IMG/VR virus record: IMGVR_UViG_3300028549_000563
Location: 1-64,000 of that record
Origin: a virus
Direction: 5' to 3' (one strand)
DNA length: 64,000 nucleotides
Both the position numbers and the translations under genes were made by a program. Every line of letters starts with the position of its first letter. Position 1 is the first letter of the stretch. Below are positions 61,991 to 64,000 of this stretch, in pieces. The notes below the pieces were generated by a model. The model did not search any database. It saw only the letters and a program-made list of their open reading frames with translations, and was not told the DNA's origin.

Positions 61991-64000
61991 ATGCTTAATA
62001 AACTAAAGAATTATGGACCATACGCAGGATTTACAACAAGTGGTATAATGACAATAAATACTACTGAATTAAACATTGGAAATTGGAATTATCATTTCCA
62101 ATCTATTTTAAATGTATTTAGAGATGGGTTGGGTGAAAAGAATACTGTACTAGACAATGGATTTATTACCGTCATATTCAATCACGCAGCAAGTATTCAA
62201 CTTACCCCATATGATTATATTATTAATCTAATAATGTGGAGGCCTATACTATATATTGGACGTATTCAACCTAAGCATATAGTATTCGAGGAAAATATGA
62301 CTCGAGGAGTTATTCGTGATTATATAAATAAATATATCATAGATACTCAAAGAAGTATTTTATCAAATACTAAAATAAATAATTTAATAGATGATACATT
62401 AGCAGCTATTAAATTTATAGATGAATTTAGTATGTGGATAGCCAATACAATAGATCTTGAAAGTGATGTAGCTCTAATGAGAAAGCATCCTGAAGTTAGA
62501 GATATATTAAATTCAACTATGGCTAATATCCCTATTGGCGAAGTCAATTCTAAAAGTATGGAATTAACTAATAGACTTATAGGATATATAACAGCTGAAG
62601 ATAGTGACCATTGTATGAAGGATTATCTTCTTGCTCGTGAAGGTATAAAACCAAAGCAGTATAAGGAATATGCTGTAAATATAGGACCTAAGCCTGATGG
62701 ACGACAAGGTATATTTCCAGCTATTATTGATGGTAGTTTCATCAATGGTGGATTACGAACAATATCAGATTACTTTATTGAAAGTAGTGCTGGCCGTATT
62801 GCTCAAATATTATCTAAAAATAATGTTGGGGATTCAGGCCACTTTGCTAGATTACTAGGTATCAACAATTCAGATACAATATTACATAAAGATCCTAATT
62901 ATATATGTAATACTAGAAACTATGAAACAGTAATAATCCGTAATATAACTATGCTAAATAAGTTTAAGCATAGATATTATAAATTATCTGAAAATGGTGT
63001 TGAACGTAAAATAGTTCCAGAAGATGATAAAGATCTTATTGGAAGAGTAATTTATCTACGTTCCCCAATTACATGTGCGTCTAAATCCAGAGGTGAAGGT
63101 ATCTGCTATAGATGTTATGGAGATTTAGCATATACTAACAGAGATATTAATGCTGGTAAAATTGCTGCGGAAGAACTATCTTCAATATTAACACAAATAC
63201 TTTTATCTGCAAAACATTTATTAGAGGCAGCTGTAGAAGAGATTAAATGGCCAAGTAAATTCAGAGATGTATTTGATATCGATATTAATGTAATCAGTAT
63301 CATTGAAGATCTGGAAGAGAAGTACGATATAGTAATTAATCATGATGCTATCACTGCAGAGAATGAAGAAGATGATTTTGATTTCAATGAATATTTGATT
63401 GATTTCAAAATTCAAGATAAGCGTGGTAAGTTATATGATATAGCTACATCAGATGGTAGTAAACTTTATATAACCAAAGAATTTAATGAAATCATTAGAA
63501 CTCATATAGTTATAAATGAAGATACTATTATCATTCCAACCACTGAGCTAGCGGACTTATCATTATTTGTAGTTAAGATTACTAATAATGAACTTTCCAA
63601 GACTCTTGTTAAATTGCAAAACATCATCGACTTGGCTAGAGAGATTGTTCAATATGATAGAAATACTATATTGCAAGCTTTTATAGATACAGTTATAGAT
63701 GGAGATTTAACACTAGATGCTATTCATTGTGAAATCATAATATCAAATCAGATTAGATCTGGAGATGATATACTTGAATTTCCTAATTGGGAATTGCCAG
63801 GTCTAGATAATCTAAATCCTAAAGATAAAGATTACCAGATACTTACATTAAAACAATCTTTAGCTAAACATCCAAGTTTGGTAGTAACACTATCATTCCA
63901 AGATGTATCTAGGCAACTATATAATCCACTTAGTTTCATAAAGCATAAGACGTCTTTAATGGATGTATTTTTCCAAGTATCACCGCAAGTAAATATAGCA
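61991..64000 (+). CDS. multisubunit RNA polymerase beta-prime subunit, C-terminal part (runs off window end)
   Basis: My translation from ATG 61991 (SD GGAGGG) is open to 64000. GIKPKQYKEYAVNIGPKPDGRQGIFPAIIDGSFINGGL..DYFIESSAGR (compare GARG..Q..Q..GMRGLM..P.G.I...PI...F.EGL...EYFIS.HGARKG) and RSPITCASKSRGEGICYRCYGDLA (compare RSP.TC....GIC..CYG.DLA). Confidence 0.75.
   Translation, partial: MLNKLKNYGPYAGFTTSGIMTINTTELNIGNWNYHFQSILNVFRDGLGEKNTVLDNGFITVIFNHAASIQLTPYDYIINLIMWRPILYIGRIQPKHIVFEENMTRGVIRDYINKYIIDTQRSILSNTKINNLIDDTLAAIKFIDEFSMWIANTIDLESDVALMRKHPEVRDILNSTMANIPIGEVNSKSMELTNRLIGYITAEDSDHCMKDYLLAREGIKPKQYKEYAVNIGPKPDGRQGIFPAIIDGSFINGGLRTISDYFIESSAGRIAQILSKNNVGDSGHFARLLGINNSDTILHKDPNYICNTRNYETVIIRNITMLNKFKHRYYKLSENGVERKIVPEDDKDLIGRVIYLRSPITCASKSRGEGICYRCYGDLAYTNRDINAGKIAAEELSSILTQILLSAKHLLEAAVEEIKWPSKFRDVFDIDINVISIIEDLEEKYDIVINHDAITAENEEDDFDFNEYLIDFKIQDKRGKLYDIATSDGSKLYITKEFNEIIRTHIVINEDTIIIPTTELADLSLFVVKITNNELSKTLVKLQNIIDLAREIVQYDRNTILQAFIDTVIDGDLTLDAIHCEIIISNQIRSGDDILEFPNWELPGLDNLNPKDKDYQILTLKQSLAKHPSLVVTLSFQDVSRQLYNPLSFIKHKTSLMDVFFQVSPQVNIA

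Noticed and set aside
1-64000. CRISPR arrays, tRNA/rRNA genes, integrase or lysogeny module
   Set aside because: I saw no regularly spaced direct repeats, no cloverleaf-like GTTCGAATC-type T-arm contexts, and no recombinase motifs. A tRNAscan or Infernal run would be needed to exclude tRNAs formally.

Overview
AT-rich (about 70% A+T by eye), densely coding segment of a jumbo tailed phage. Strong AGGAGG-type Shine-Dalgarno sites suggest a Firmicute host. There are no tRNA, rRNA, CRISPR, integrase or cellular housekeeping genes. The architecture resembles AR9/PBS1-like and phiKZ-like giant phages. Recognisable content: (1) multisubunit RNA polymerase genes in pieces: beta C-half 26800-29007, beta N-half 32850-34634 (non-collinear), beta-prime C-part 61991->64000. 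(2) A family-B DNA polymerase split into two genes 14 kb apart on opposite strands (42155-44098 +, 58582-60666 -). (3) A type II topoisomerase large subunit and the large terminase, each interrupted by a group I intron. The two introns are related and share a 79-nt identical core; the topoisomerase intron carries an HNH homing endonuclease. (4) A tubulin/FtsZ-family (PhuZ/TubZ-like) GTPase. (5) A replication/recombination set: DnaB-like and Dda-like helicases, Mre11/SbcD, Rad50/SbcC, RecA/UvsX-like, NAD-ligase, thymidylate kinase, NrdH-like redoxin and a possible gp45-like clamp. (6) A minus-strand virion module with tail sheath and terminase. Main hunt results: (a) a short peptide motif, Y-x-P-F-x-I/V, recurs more than 20 times, almost always at the extreme N- or C-terminus of about 12 DNA/RNA-transaction proteins; I read it as an undescribed shared docking or targeting signal. 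(b) Two distinct promoter-like motif classes: TATATTATA-N3-ATG, and AACA-N6-TA placed 20-35 nt before start codons. (c) A Zn-ribbon protein with prion-like Q/Y/P/G-rich tails. (d) A duplicated 52-nt hairpin-plus-SD leader. (e) Three loci with frame disruptions, one at an A9 tract. (f) A hairpin-rich 284-bp intergenic region that may encode a small RNA. All functional calls rest on motifs I could read in the translations; no database search was possible.
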